Program-made: the position numbers and the translations under genes
Virus record (IMG/VR): IMGVR_UViG_3300028888_000127
Location: 3,964 to 67,963 of that record
DNA length: 64,000 nucleotides
Source: a virus
Taxonomy: Duplodnaviria > Caudoviricetes
Direction: 5' to 3' (one strand)
Part shown: positions 18,001 to 27,527 of the stretch, in pieces
Numbering within the stretch: position 1 is the first letter of the stretch
How the letters are laid out: the number at the start of each line of letters is the position of its first letter
Notes under the pieces: model-generated
The model's input: only the letters and a program-made list of their open reading frames with translations
Databases searched by the model: none
Told to the model about the DNA's origin: nothing

Positions 18001-18129
18001 TTCATTAAGCAAATCCGTTTTTCTGCATAAAATAATGTCTCTTTTAAGCCTTAAAAGGTACGGATTAGGACCATTGTAACTGTTTAGTATGTCTATTGCT
18101 TCATTTTTTCCTTTTATCGTGTTAAACAT
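15028..18129 (-). CDS. SNF2-family helicase/ATPase containing an intein
   Basis: LKPHQKEAV, ILADDMGLGK|TT, IICPASL, IIDEAH, LATGTP, GVGLNL, QMEDRIFRIGQ. Confidence 0.93.
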   Translation of the reverse strand: MFNTIKGKNEAIDILNSYNGPNPYLLRLKRDIILCRKTDLLNEYVVEYIKKNHNFSPIQINKNVSIADWYGEKLKNDYELEFIPQKIRIYTYFGETSVAFHCTIKYRQNMETMEIFLPKKAVLGNFLIGDYHSVQVDFDRYDNLSTEKDPNRILKPHQKEAVQFLLHRKKCILADDMGLGKMEPISSLIPTENGFKTFGELKLGDMVFGEDGNLYPITKIFEHKDKEIYKITFSDGTFSYCGLDHLWKVRTKNMTKRKQGWKTMSLKELIESKLQYTDESRVKIGLNPRNKYEIPVTLPVQYKEKDYLIHPYILGMCIGDGNLCNNGINISIPDNEKETANRIEALLREDMILKEDRSTNCPRYRIMHKVRKFRNDYISEIKRLGLNVKGNYKFIPTEYKLGSISQRLDLLRGLMDSDGTIGKNNRISFSTNSEKLANDVAELVFSLGGIARIGKYNHKNKKNTEYQVRIQIKENPFYLTRKSEKYHPAYLKYCSKYIVSAEYDRNEDARCIMVDYDEHTYLTGKNYIVTHNTTELSVAAIEGNFDSVLIICPASLKTNWRDELLWYVPEKDISIIDGVNDKTKPELEKLLGYGVGKSGLKREQLLEEAKNRGKWEDNRFVIVNFDILDEFYKIPRTRSAENIKKAYDESPMLQYAMNKKTLLIIDEAHRLSNSTSDRYKIISDFIKRGNPHSIYLATGTPITNNPANFYCLLKLLNEDITNDWNYYMERYCGAMKIPAKGEKEKWSKFFFEKKKREYGNAGKVAPTCWGELTSKEKDELKEYINANARKITILKDPTNLEELKLKVSHIYLRRTKEDIAEGLPNKTIHELFYDFDMKQEFEYARLWEEYEAAQLELDPTKEINKDLLEGAVYRKYCSNQMIPNTIKLTDEFIKNGDKVIIATCYDEELYTLRDYYGDKCVIFNGKLNPKQKDAAKEAFLTNPDKMVFIGQLFAAGVGLNLVVSNKLIFNDIDYVPSSNKQMEDRIFRIGQKKDVDIYYQIFRGTQYEKIWNTVMKKELTINQIIKKENEKNK
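16534..17586 (-). mobile_element. 351 aa intein with LAGLIDADG endonuclease in Walker A (class 3, WCT type)
   Basis: GLGK|MEPISSLIPTENG...DHLW...ILGMCIGDG...LLRGLMDSDG...ARCIMVD...IVTHN|TT. Confidence 0.93.
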
Positions 18130-18320
18130 TAAATTTTATATAATTTCTAAATATTATTTACAAAAATTTTTTCAAAAAAGCAAATACTAGTGCTATAAGA
18201 ACTAGTTTTTTTTATTAATATATTAATTATATTTTTAAATTAATTATTATTATTAAATAAATATATTTCTAGAAGCAATAGTATACCACACGCGCGAAGA
18301 ACATTTTTTGTTATGATTTA

Positions 18321-18330
18321 ACTATTTATC
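18321..18330 (+). promoter_or_regulatory. putative late promoter ACTATTTATC
   Basis: Lies 20 nt upstream of the first tail-module gene. Confidence 0.55.
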
Positions 18331-18349
18331 TTTAAAGAATTAAAAAACA

Positions 18350-18895
18350 ATGGCACTTGAATTTAATCAAACAAAAAATGCGAACAAAGTACCCATAACA
18401 AGAAACAATAAGTTTTTTGGGATGGAGGATTTTGATTTGGAAGTAGGTTTTTCCACTGAATATTTGGAACAAGATGCAAATCAGGAGATAATTCTTTATC
18501 AAGTTGATTATGAAAAGACAAAAGTTAACGACACGTATAATGAGGCTTCAAAAGATGCCATAAGATTCAAAACTCCTATTGTTCTTCCGGTGATTTATGA
18601 GATAAATGACGCTGAAACTAAGGCATATAACAACAAAATTCAAACAGGTTATTACGCCAAGACAGGAAAATTGACGTTTAGTGTTCTTTTGACAACACTT
18701 GAAGAAAATCACTGTGATATTTCAAGGGGCGATTACATTGGAATACAGATAGATACAGAACATCGTGAATATTTCACAGTAGTTGACGATGGAAGGGTAA
18801 ATATGACTTCAAATAAGTTTACATTGTTCGGAAAAAAACCTTATGCACGTCAAATTATAGCAGTTCCTATAGATTCTAATGAGTTTAATGGGTAA
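18350..18895 (+). CDS. putative neck/head-closure protein
   Basis: First gene of the tail module. The ILYQVD...T..N..Y.EA..D..RF..P...GKLTFSV...GDYIG pattern resembles head-closure (gp14-like) proteins. Confidence 0.5.
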   Translation: MALEFNQTKNANKVPITRNNKFFGMEDFDLEVGFSTEYLEQDANQEIILYQVDYEKTKVNDTYNEASKDAIRFKTPIVLPVIYEINDAETKAYNNKIQTGYYAKTGKLTFSVLLTTLEENHCDISRGDYIGIQIDTEHREYFTVVDDGRVNMTSNKFTLFGKKPYARQIIAVPIDSNEFNG

Positions 18896-18932
18896 TGCGC
18901 AAAGAAGTTATTAAAAAAATATTTTCATTTAA

Positions 18933-20072
18933 ATGAGTAGAAATTATAAAAATATTATAAAACTTAAACGAGATATCGTTGGTAAAGAAAGACGTGAAAA
19001 TTTGGTGAAAGAAGTTCTCCAAGATAACACTCCATTGCCAAAACCTTTGGAATACGAAGATATTGACAAGGAATTTGAAAGATGGGTGTCTGAAGATTTG
19101 GATATTTCATTCGAGGAACAGAAATTACCTACGTATTTGATGCTTACAAATCAAAGATTTTCCGAATACCTTCAATCTTGGCAGCATGTTGACGAAAAAA
19201 AGAACCTTATTCTTAATTTCAAGGCAATAACGAGGGAAAATAACCCAAAATTGGGTAGCATAGTTGGTGATACAAGGAACATTCCTGGTGATATTGATTT
19301 TTTAATGAAGAGAGTTCAGGCTGTCGATAAAAGTGGACGTAGATATTTTATTGATTATCGTGTCAAACAGCCAATTTCAATTGATTTGATATATACCGTA
19401 TCAATTTTCACAAACAAATATCAATTATTGAATGATTTCAATATGATGATGAATGAAAAATTCAAGGCAATTGATTGTTATATAAGGCCAAACGGACATT
19501 TTATTCCAATGAAGTTGACAGATATATCTGACGAGTCTGAATATAACATTGATGATAGGCGTTATTATTCACAATCGTATGCTATAACCGTTATGGCATA
19601 TATAATGCCTAAAGATAGTTTTAGGGTTGTTGAACAACCAATGCTTGTTCTTGAGTGCTTTGATGGTGAAATTAAGCCAAAAACAATTATTGAATCTTTT
19701 GACCCAGATATAGAATGTGAAGATAATCCAAATTCTGCATATGAACAAATAGAGGTAATAACAACAATTCCACGTGATAAAATGGGACACGGGTTTAGAA
19801 TTGACTGCGATTCAGAAATTACGTCAATAGTCATTCAAAATGTAAGGTATTTTAGAATGTCAATAAACGGAACATATGTTGATTTGGACAAATATCTTAA
19901 TAACATAGAAAGTTCATGCTATAAAGACGTAGAAATAACACTTGATGAACCAATAAAATTAAGCATGAATGATTCAATAAAATTTGATAGTGTGTCAAGG
20001 TATAAGACTTTTGATAATTCAGTAATAAAACTTAAAGGAAAAGACCTAACAAGCGTTATGGAAAAACAATAA
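18933..20072 (+). CDS. putative tail completion/sheath stabiliser (gp15-like)
   Basis: Directly upstream of the sheath gene; PISIDLIYTVSIFT...IPMKLTDISDES...YSQSYAITVMAYI. Confidence 0.5.
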   Translation: MSRNYKNIIKLKRDIVGKERRENLVKEVLQDNTPLPKPLEYEDIDKEFERWVSEDLDISFEEQKLPTYLMLTNQRFSEYLQSWQHVDEKKNLILNFKAITRENNPKLGSIVGDTRNIPGDIDFLMKRVQAVDKSGRRYFIDYRVKQPISIDLIYTVSIFTNKYQLLNDFNMMMNEKFKAIDCYIRPNGHFIPMKLTDISDESEYNIDDRRYYSQSYAITVMAYIMPKDSFRVVEQPMLVLECFDGEIKPKTIIESFDPDIECEDNPNSAYEQIEVITTIPRDKMGHGFRIDCDSEITSIVIQNVRYFRMSINGTYVDLDKYLNNIESSCYKDVEITLDEPIKLSMNDSIKFDSVSRYKTFDNSVIKLKGKDLTSVMEKQ

Positions 20073-20125
20073 AGATATATAAATGTTAATTTTAGACTAA
20101 AACGATTATTTTTTGGTTTTTTTGT

Positions 20126-20135
20126 GCTATTTATA
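20126..20135 (+). promoter_or_regulatory. putative late promoter GCTATTTATA
   Basis: Upstream of the sheath gene, followed by AAGAAAA as in the cassette promoters. Confidence 0.6.
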
Positions 20136-20167
20136 AAGAAAATAATAAAGTAAAAAAATAAAACAAT

Positions 20168-23071
20168 ATGATAAGTGATGCAAGAGGTAGGCATGTTTCA
20201 CCTGGTGTATATACCGAAGAAAAAGATGTAACTTATTCAGTTAAAAGTCTTGGTATTACAAGTCTTGGACTTGTTGGTGAAACCTTGTATGGTCCTGCTT
20301 TTGAAAACATTGAAATTGAAGAATGGAGTGATTTTGTTGATTACTTTGGCGGAACTTCATCTGAAAAATTCAGGAAAACTGGATTGCCAAAATATGAACT
20401 TCCATACGTTGCTAAGAGTTATTTGACAAAATCAAAGAGACTTAACGTTGTTAAGGTTCTTGGACTTTCAGGATATGAAGCTGGTAGATGTTGGGTTATT
20501 AAAACAGCAAAAGTTGAACCAACGGCAGAATCAGGATGGACTTATAATGATGGGGTAGATAAAAATGGAAATACTTTGCCACCATTTGAGGCAAAGCCAT
20601 TGATTATTTTGAGAAGTAAAATGACTTATAATGCGCCAGGAGAAGGTGGAATTTGTAAGCCACAAACAGATACACCATCAGAGTTGGTAGAAAGTATCTC
20701 AGTTGTTCCATATAAACCAGCATTTTACAGTTCAGACTGTGTTGTGGTCGGTAGTGGGAAAACATTTGATTCTTGCAGAAAGCTATGTATAGACGTTATG
20801 TTGAAAGAAAAAGTAGGCGAAGACAATATTCATGAAGTATATAATGTTTCATTGGACCCAAGAGACAGCGACTATATTTACAAAGTTATTAGTTCAAGTC
20901 CTGAATATGGAAAAAGTTCAATTTATGTTGAAGAAATTTTTGAAGCAGGTTTGAATGAAGTTGTTGGTAGATTAACAAGTGGTACTACTGAAAGAACCTT
21001 TATTAAAGAAGTTTATGCTTGTGTTGATATACCTTCAGGAACAACTTCAGAACTAGAACCTTTAACTGACGATGACGATTTATATAACGATTATAAGAGC
21101 CAATACAGATGTGCTCAAACTCCTTGGGTCGTATCTGAAGCATATGCTTCACAAAATCAGCCTGATGGTAACGGTAACGGAGACTGTGGATTGAACATTA
21201 CACTTAGAAGATTGTTCAAACTATTGACTATTTCAGACGGTAATGCCGCAAACTATCAAGTAAAAGTTTCATTTGAAAAAATTAATCCATTCGATGGAAC
21301 ATTTGATGTTGTTGTAAGGGATTTTAACGATAATGACACATATCCTGTAGTGCTTGAGAAGTTCGCAAAGTGTACAATGACAAAAGGAGATACTTCATTC
21401 ATTGGCTACAAAATCGGTACAAGCGATGGCATGTATGCAACAAAGTCAAAATATATCACAGTTATGCTTGCTGATGATATGGAAGATTATAGTGGAAGCG
21501 TACCTTGCGGATTCTTAGGCTATCCTTGCCCAACATATGGAACTAATGTTGTTCCCGAAATTTCATACAATACTGTTTATAATCCTAATATTAAGGCAAA
21601 GAAACAATATTTTGGGCTTTCTGGAATTGATAATGATTTCTTGTCATTCAAAGGCATTAAACTTTATGACGATGACCTTGGAGGACGTTCAATGAATGAT
21701 AGCTGCGAAGGTGATGAAACAGGATGCTGCTTTGTTTTGCAAGATACATATACAAAAGGTTTCCATATGGATTCAATCTTCAGTATGCTTGGAACTAACG
21801 GAAAGATAACAATTGATGGTGATGTATATACAGACGGATTTGACTATGTTTCACCGTTGAAAGTTACGGCACACAATTATATCCCAAGAATTACATCAGA
21901 AACTCTTCCTGGGACAAACGAAACAGAAAAGCAACAAAGAATTATTAACGGTGGTTATATGTCAGAAACCATATACAAAGACCCTGAAGTACGTAAGTTT
22001 ACTGTTTGCTTCTATGGAGGTTTTGATGGATGGGATGTGCACAGAGGATATAGAACTAATTTAGATGCCTTCAACGCAAATGCGTATGGTACAACAGATA
22101 CCTATGGACAAGTTTGCAATTGGCAATATTTCAAGTTGCCACAATATATGAATAATACAAGTGACTATTATGCATATCTTGCGGGATATCAAGTATTATC
22201 CAACCCACAAGACGTTGAAATCAATGTGTTTGCAACACCCGGAATAGACTGGTTTAACAATTCACTTTTGACACAGGATGCAATTCATATGATTGAAGAC
22301 CCTGATGATGGCAGAGGCGGTGATGCATTATACATAATGAATTCACCATATTATGACTATAAGAATGTTACAACTTCACCTGAAGGCTATGGAGTTTATC
22401 CTATCACAGACGTTGATGAATTAGTTTCATTGTTTGACGATACTGAAATAAATTCTTCATATGCTTGTACATATTTCCCATGGGTTCTTTTCAAAGATAC
22501 CGTAAGAAATGAGTACTTGTATTTGCCACCAACAAAGGATGTTGTAAGAAATATTGCTGATACTGATAACACATTGTTCCCATGGTATTCACCTGCTGGT
22601 ATCTCGCGTGGTTCTGTTGTTTGCGAAAAAGCTGCATTCAAGACAACGTTGCCTGAGGAAGATGTTTTGTACGGAAACAGAATCAATCCTATCAAGACAT
22701 TTGGTAAAGACGGTGTTAAGGTTTGGGGCAACAAGACTGCTTATGAAATTGATAGTCCTCTTAACAGAATCAATGTCAGAAGACTTATGATTAGGGTTAA
22801 GAAACTTGTCACATCAGCAGCTAAACATTTGATATTTGAACAATATGACGATGCTCTTGAAAAGCAATTTAGGGGATTGGTTGAACCAATTCTTGCGGAA
22901 GTTAAGTCAAATAGAGGTATCTTCGATTATAGGGTTATCACAGAAGTAACTCCTGAAACAAGAGACCAACATATATTACCTGCTAAGATTATGATTAAGC
23001 CAACTCCTGCTTTGGAATATATTTCTATCTCATTCGTTGTATATCCTGAGAGCGTTGCATTTGAAGAATAA
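20168..23071 (+). CDS. contractile tail sheath protein
   Basis: N-terminal HVSPGVYTEEKD..GLVGETLYGPAF; C-terminal PWYSPAGISRG...RINPI...VWGNKT...LNRINVRRL...PTPALEYISISF. Confidence 0.95.
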   Translation: MISDARGRHVSPGVYTEEKDVTYSVKSLGITSLGLVGETLYGPAFENIEIEEWSDFVDYFGGTSSEKFRKTGLPKYELPYVAKSYLTKSKRLNVVKVLGLSGYEAGRCWVIKTAKVEPTAESGWTYNDGVDKNGNTLPPFEAKPLIILRSKMTYNAPGEGGICKPQTDTPSELVESISVVPYKPAFYSSDCVVVGSGKTFDSCRKLCIDVMLKEKVGEDNIHEVYNVSLDPRDSDYIYKVISSSPEYGKSSIYVEEIFEAGLNEVVGRLTSGTTERTFIKEVYACVDIPSGTTSELEPLTDDDDLYNDYKSQYRCAQTPWVVSEAYASQNQPDGNGNGDCGLNITLRRLFKLLTISDGNAANYQVKVSFEKINPFDGTFDVVVRDFNDNDTYPVVLEKFAKCTMTKGDTSFIGYKIGTSDGMYATKSKYITVMLADDMEDYSGSVPCGFLGYPCPTYGTNVVPEISYNTVYNPNIKAKKQYFGLSGIDNDFLSFKGIKLYDDDLGGRSMNDSCEGDETGCCFVLQDTYTKGFHMDSIFSMLGTNGKITIDGDVYTDGFDYVSPLKVTAHNYIPRITSETLPGTNETEKQQRIINGGYMSETIYKDPEVRKFTVCFYGGFDGWDVHRGYRTNLDAFNANAYGTTDTYGQVCNWQYFKLPQYMNNTSDYYAYLAGYQVLSNPQDVEINVFATPGIDWFNNSLLTQDAIHMIEDPDDGRGGDALYIMNSPYYDYKNVTTSPEGYGVYPITDVDELVSLFDDTEINSSYACTYFPWVLFKDTVRNEYLYLPPTKDVVRNIADTDNTLFPWYSPAGISRGSVVCEKAAFKTTLPEEDVLYGNRINPIKTFGKDGVKVWGNKTAYEIDSPLNRINVRRLMIRVKKLVTSAAKHLIFEQYDDALEKQFRGLVEPILAEVKSNRGIFDYRVITEVTPETRDQHILPAKIMIKPTPALEYISISFVVYPESVAFEE

Positions 23072-23095
23072 AATTGTTTAAATGATAATTATTAT

Positions 23096-23126
23096 AAAGT
23101 CAGTCAGAAATGGCTGACTTTTTTTT
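23096..23126 (+). terminator. intrinsic terminator, repeat family A
   Basis: AAAGTCAGTCAGAAATGGCTGACTTTTTTTT; two mismatches to the 1832 copy. Confidence 0.85.
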
Positions 23127-23179
23127 GTTTTAATTTAATATTTATTGTATGATAAAGTTAAAATAAATGTTATTCAACC

Positions 23180-24954
23180 ATGAGAAAACTTACAAAAGAA
23201 CAGTTTATTGAAAAAGCAATAGAAATACACGGCAACAAATATGATTACTCGAAAGTAAATTATGTTGATGCGAAAACAAAGGTTTGCATTGTTTGCCCAG
23301 AACATGGTGATTTTTTGCAATTACCATATAATCATTTGAATGGGAACGGATGTCCTTCTTGCGTAAGACATAAATGGGATACAGATAGTTTCATAAAGAA
23401 AGCCATGGAGGTACATGGTGACAAGTATGATTATTCAAAGACTGAATTTAAGTCAACAAGAGAAAAAGTTTGTATAATATGCCACGAGCATGGTGAATTT
23501 TGGCAATATCCGTTATCACATTTGAATGGAATGGGATGTGGAAAAGAAAGTAGGGGAATAAGGGAAAATTGCTGGGAAAACAGGAAATGCCCTGTATGCG
23601 GAAAAATATTCAAAGAGCGTAAGAAATATAAGAAAATATGTTGTTCCGAAGAATGCCGCAAAATATATGTCAAAGAACATATGGATGAAATAAACAGAAA
23701 GCGTTCAGAATCATTAAAAGAAACTTTTTCAAAAAAGACGAAATTCGATTACGAGAAAGCATACGAAAAGAAAAAGAAACTTGCATTGAAAGGTATGGCG
23801 TTGCTAATTTCTCAAAAACAGAAATGGGACGCGAAATATCAAGAAAAAACATGACAAAGTTAAGAAGGGAAAATGTCGAAACGATTAAAAATGAAATTTT
23901 GATTCCGAAATATAAGGAATTGTGTGAAAATGATGGCTTGGAACTATTGGAATTTAGGAACCGATTTGATTGTACTGTAATGTGCAAAAAATGCGGAAAC
24001 ATATTTGTGACAAGAACACTTGGCTATTTAACTGAAAAAGACACGACAAAAAGATGTAAAATATGTAACCCATATTTGGTTGTCCCAAATAAAAACAATG
24101 AAATTGAGAATGATTTTTCAAAGTTTCTTGAAGAATGTAATGTTAAATTTTATCGTAATTATAGGGGAATAATATCGTCAATGGAGATTGATTTTTATTT
24201 GCCTGACTATAAAATTGGATTTGAAATTGATGGTATATATTGGCATTCAGAAGTATATAAAAACAAAATGTACCATAAGGAAAAAACAAATAAATATCAA
24301 GAAAATGGGGTTATGCTGATTCATATTTTCGAGGATGAATGGTGTTTCAAGAAGGAAATATGCAAATCAAGGATAAAAAGCATATTAAATATGACGGAAA
24401 CGAAATTATATGCAAGAAACTGTGATATAAGAACCGCTGATAAAAAAAGTGCAATAAAGTTTTTGGAAGAAAACCATATACAGGGAAATACGGTTTTTAA
24501 ATATGCTTACGGATTATATTATGAAAATGAATTGGTATCTTTAATGACATTTGGCTCGCTTAGGAAAAATTTGGGGCAAAAAAGCAAGGAAGGACATTAT
24601 GAAATGCTAAGGTTTTGCAATAAAATTGGGCATAATGTTGTTGGCGGTGCAAGTAAACTATTAAAGCGTTTTATTAATGAAAAGAGCCCTAAACAAATAA
24701 TATCATATTCAGACAATAGATGGTCAACGGGAAATTTGTATGACAAATTAGGGTTTACGTTAGAACGAGAGACGGACCCAAATTATTATTATGTTATTGG
24801 AAATAAGAGAATTAATAGATATTCATTACGAAAAAACATTCTTGTTGAAAAGTATGGATGCCCAAAAGAAATGAGCGAACATGATTTTTGCATTAGTAAA
24901 AGATGGTATAGGATATATGATTGTGGAAACAAATTATGGTCAATAAATTTATAA
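23180..24954 (+). pseudogene. Hef-like endonuclease split across two frames (-1 shift near 23731-23780); pseudogene or programmed frameshift
   Basis: ORF 23180-23854 carries the Zn repeats. The -1 frame is open from 23689 and reads ETCIERYGVANFS, then the nuclease (EIDFYLP..FEIDGIYWHSE) and GNAT (SYSDNRWS) domains. Confidence 0.75.
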
Positions 24955-24987
24955 AAGGATTAAACTATTTATTGTAAAATAAATGCT

Positions 24988-25320
24988 ATGAAAAAGATTT
25001 TTACTTTTTTACTAATTATGCTCTTGATGTTTTCGTGCAAAACGCATCAGAATGTTGGTGAAATCACATTTGGGGCACCAATAATGATTAATTTATATGA
25101 AATGGCAATAACACAACACCAACTTGATTCCATATGCAATGTTGATATGCTTCCGACATACGACAAATGGATAAAAACAAGTTTCATTGATTATGAAACA
25201 GATTCTGTTTTCACGAAAAGACTTTATTTGAAATCATATTCAGAAGAAAATGAAGTAATATATATTCTTCTTGGTGAAAAAGAGCCATATAAAATAACAA
25301 AAAGAATTGCTGAACAATGA
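24988..25320 (+). CDS. predicted lipoprotein
   Basis: MKKIFTFLLIMLLMFS-C signal peptide II with lipobox Cys. Confidence 0.75.
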   Translation: MKKIFTFLLIMLLMFSCKTHQNVGEITFGAPIMINLYEMAITQHQLDSICNVDMLPTYDKWIKTSFIDYETDSVFTKRLYLKSYSEENEVIYILLGEKEPYKITKRIAEQ

Positions 25321-25946
25321 AAAATGTAGATAATTTAGGATTTGTTCCTTCAATAATAAATGGCACTGAAATTTTGTTTGAACGCCCTAAAGAAGCAAAA
25401 TTGCCTGAGAAATTTTCTTATGTGAATGTATTGCCACAAGTTATAAATCAAGGAAAACTATCAATATGCGTACCTTGTTCAATGTCTGCATATTTGAATT
25501 GGAAAGCGAATTTGAATACAATGACAAATAATGATAATGCCATTGTTTTGTTTGACATTTATAATAGCCGTGAAAACAAGGGCGATGGAATGACATTCAA
25601 GGCTGCTTTTAAATATCTAAGGCATAATGGCGTTGACTCTGCAATTGGGATTTTAAAAATAGGGCATTATGGAAAAATAAACAAAATAGATGATTTGAAA
25701 TTTGCAATAGTTTCAAATGGCCCTTGCTTTGGCGCTTTACCAGTATATGGTGACCACTGTGATTTTTGGAACAAGAGAATAGGGACCACATTGCACGGTT
25801 ATCATGCAATATCCATTGTTGGCTATGATACAGATGGATTTATAATAAGAAATTCTTGGGGAAAAGATTTTTGTGATAATGGCTATACTAAAATAAGTTA
25901 TGGCGATTTTAAAAAATTGCTTGAGATTTGGACCGTAATTGATTAG
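25317..25946 (+). CDS. papain-like (C1A) cysteine peptidase
   Basis: NQG..SIC (oxyanion Gln and catalytic Cys), GYHAISIVGY (His), IIRNSWG (Asn). Confidence 0.9.
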   Translation: MKNVDNLGFVPSIINGTEILFERPKEAKLPEKFSYVNVLPQVINQGKLSICVPCSMSAYLNWKANLNTMTNNDNAIVLFDIYNSRENKGDGMTFKAAFKYLRHNGVDSAIGILKIGHYGKINKIDDLKFAIVSNGPCFGALPVYGDHCDFWNKRIGTTLHGYHAISIVGYDTDGFIIRNSWGKDFCDNGYTKISYGDFKKLLEIWTVID

Positions 25947-25962
25947 TTTTATAGAAAAAAGT

Positions 25963-26898
25963 ATGAATGTTTTAGTTACTGGCGCAGAAGGACAACTTGG
26001 CAGGTGTATTGTTGATGTGTTCAAATATTTTGACAACGAAAACAAATATATTTTTATGCCAAGAGAACTTTTTGATTTAACAAATAAAGAGCAAATGCAT
26101 GAGCAGTTTGAAATGTTTAATCCTAATATTGTTGTAAATTGTGCTGCATATACAAATGTAGAAAAAGCTGAAGAAAATTCAATTGATACAATTAGCGTTA
26201 ATTATCTTGGAGTTGGGGATTTAGTAAAACTATGTGAAACTTATGGTGTGTATTTAATTCATATTTCAAGTGATTATGTTTTTAATGGAAAGTCAAGTAA
26301 ACCATACAAAGAAGATTCAAATGTAAACCCATTAAATATTTATGGGGTTTCTAAGGTAGGTGGAGACAATTTTGTTGTCGGATACAACAGAGGAATTGTT
26401 TTAAGGACTTCTTGGCTTTATTCTGAATATGGGCATAATTTCTATAGAACTATGATTGAACGAATAAAGGAGCAAAAAGAAACAAACGTAGTTAATGACC
26501 AAATAGGAACGCCAACATATGCAAAAGATTTGGCTTTGTTTATAGTAAGAGATTTGATTGCTTCAAATAAATATAAAGAAGTTAGAGGCATTTACAATTT
26601 TTCAAATAATGGAATTGCTTCTTGGTATGATTTTGCTTCAATGATAGAAACATTCTATCAAAATTTCGGTCCATATGAGCCAATGATAAAAGACCCTGTT
26701 GATATTAAATTTGAAGTAAGTCCATATCCTAAAAAATACATAAGTCCAACAACAAAAAAATATAAGACAAAAGCAAAAAGGCCAATGTATTCAGTTCTTG
26801 ACAAAACAAAAGTTGAAAATGAATTTGGAATTAAGATTCCGCATTGGACTGAATCATTATTGAAGTGTATGAAAAACGATGGAAAAATAAAAGGCTGA
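25963..26898 (+). CDS. rfbD: dTDP-4-dehydrorhamnose reductase
   Basis: MNVLVTGAEGQLG, NCAAYTNVEKAE, ISSDYVF, YGVSK, LRTSWLY, DQIGTPT, RPMYSVLD. Confidence 0.93.
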   Translation: MNVLVTGAEGQLGRCIVDVFKYFDNENKYIFMPRELFDLTNKEQMHEQFEMFNPNIVVNCAAYTNVEKAEENSIDTISVNYLGVGDLVKLCETYGVYLIHISSDYVFNGKSSKPYKEDSNVNPLNIYGVSKVGGDNFVVGYNRGIVLRTSWLYSEYGHNFYRTMIERIKEQKETNVVNDQIGTPTYAKDLALFIVRDLIASNKYKEVRGIYNFSNNGIASWYDFASMIETFYQNFGPYEPMIKDPVDIKFEVSPYPKKYISPTTKKYKTKAKRPMYSVLDKTKVENEFGIKIPHWTESLLKCMKNDGKIKG

Positions 26899-26916
26899 TT
26901 GTTAGTCAGCCTTTTT
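26889..26916. terminator. bidirectional terminator; direct repeat with 27500-27527
   Basis: AAAAGGCTGATTGTTAGTCAGCCTTTTT. Confidence 0.85.
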
Positions 26917-26944
26917 ACATATATAATGGTGTTTTTAATCCTTG

Positions 26945-27277
26945 TTAAAAGTTTTCAAGTATTTCTTCAAATACTCTTCTTCTTTCTGGTTTACTAAGAT
27001 TTAGTTCTTCTGCATACTTATCGGTATTTGGGTTCCCTGACCAAATCTGAACTATCCCATCATCAGTAAGATGAATGTAGTCAACTAAACTGCCATTAGC
27101 CACAATTCTGAATTTTGAAACACTAATTGTATTTGTACCAAATTCCTCAAATAGTTCATAGATATCAGAATATCCATTCTCTTTCAATAATCTCGTTTCC
27201 TTTAGTACTTTCTTTACACTTTCAGCAACAATCTTCTTAAGTTGTTGCTCATTTAATTTTATTATATTCTTTTTCAT
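26945..27277 (-). CDS. conserved-leader protein 3
   Basis: MKKNIIKLNEQQLKKIVAESVKKVLKE leader; promoter motif at 27379-27388. Confidence 0.85.
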   Translation of the reverse strand: MKKNIIKLNEQQLKKIVAESVKKVLKETRLLKENGYSDIYELFEEFGTNTISVSKFRIVANGSLVDYIHLTDDGIVQIWSGNPNTDKYAEELNLSKPERRRVFEEILENF

Positions 27278-27499
27278 ATTCTTGTTTATTTTTGATTCTT
27301 TTGTTATTCCTTCATCAATAAAGATAATAGAAATGTTGATACAATGAGACGGTTCTATTAAACGTTATCTACTTTTATTATAAATAGTTTATCTTTGTGA
27401 AAAAGATGAAATATGTACAAGAAATTAGCTGACTTAAATACTGTTGTGATATTATTTGTTGCCAATATATTGAAACAACAAGTATATTATCCCAAAAAC

Positions 27500-27527
27500 A
27501 AAAGGCTGATTGCTAGTCAGCCTTTTT
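27500..27527. terminator. terminator; direct repeat with 26889-26916
   Basis: AAAAGGCTGATTGCTAGTCAGCCTTTTT (1 mismatch). Confidence 0.85.
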
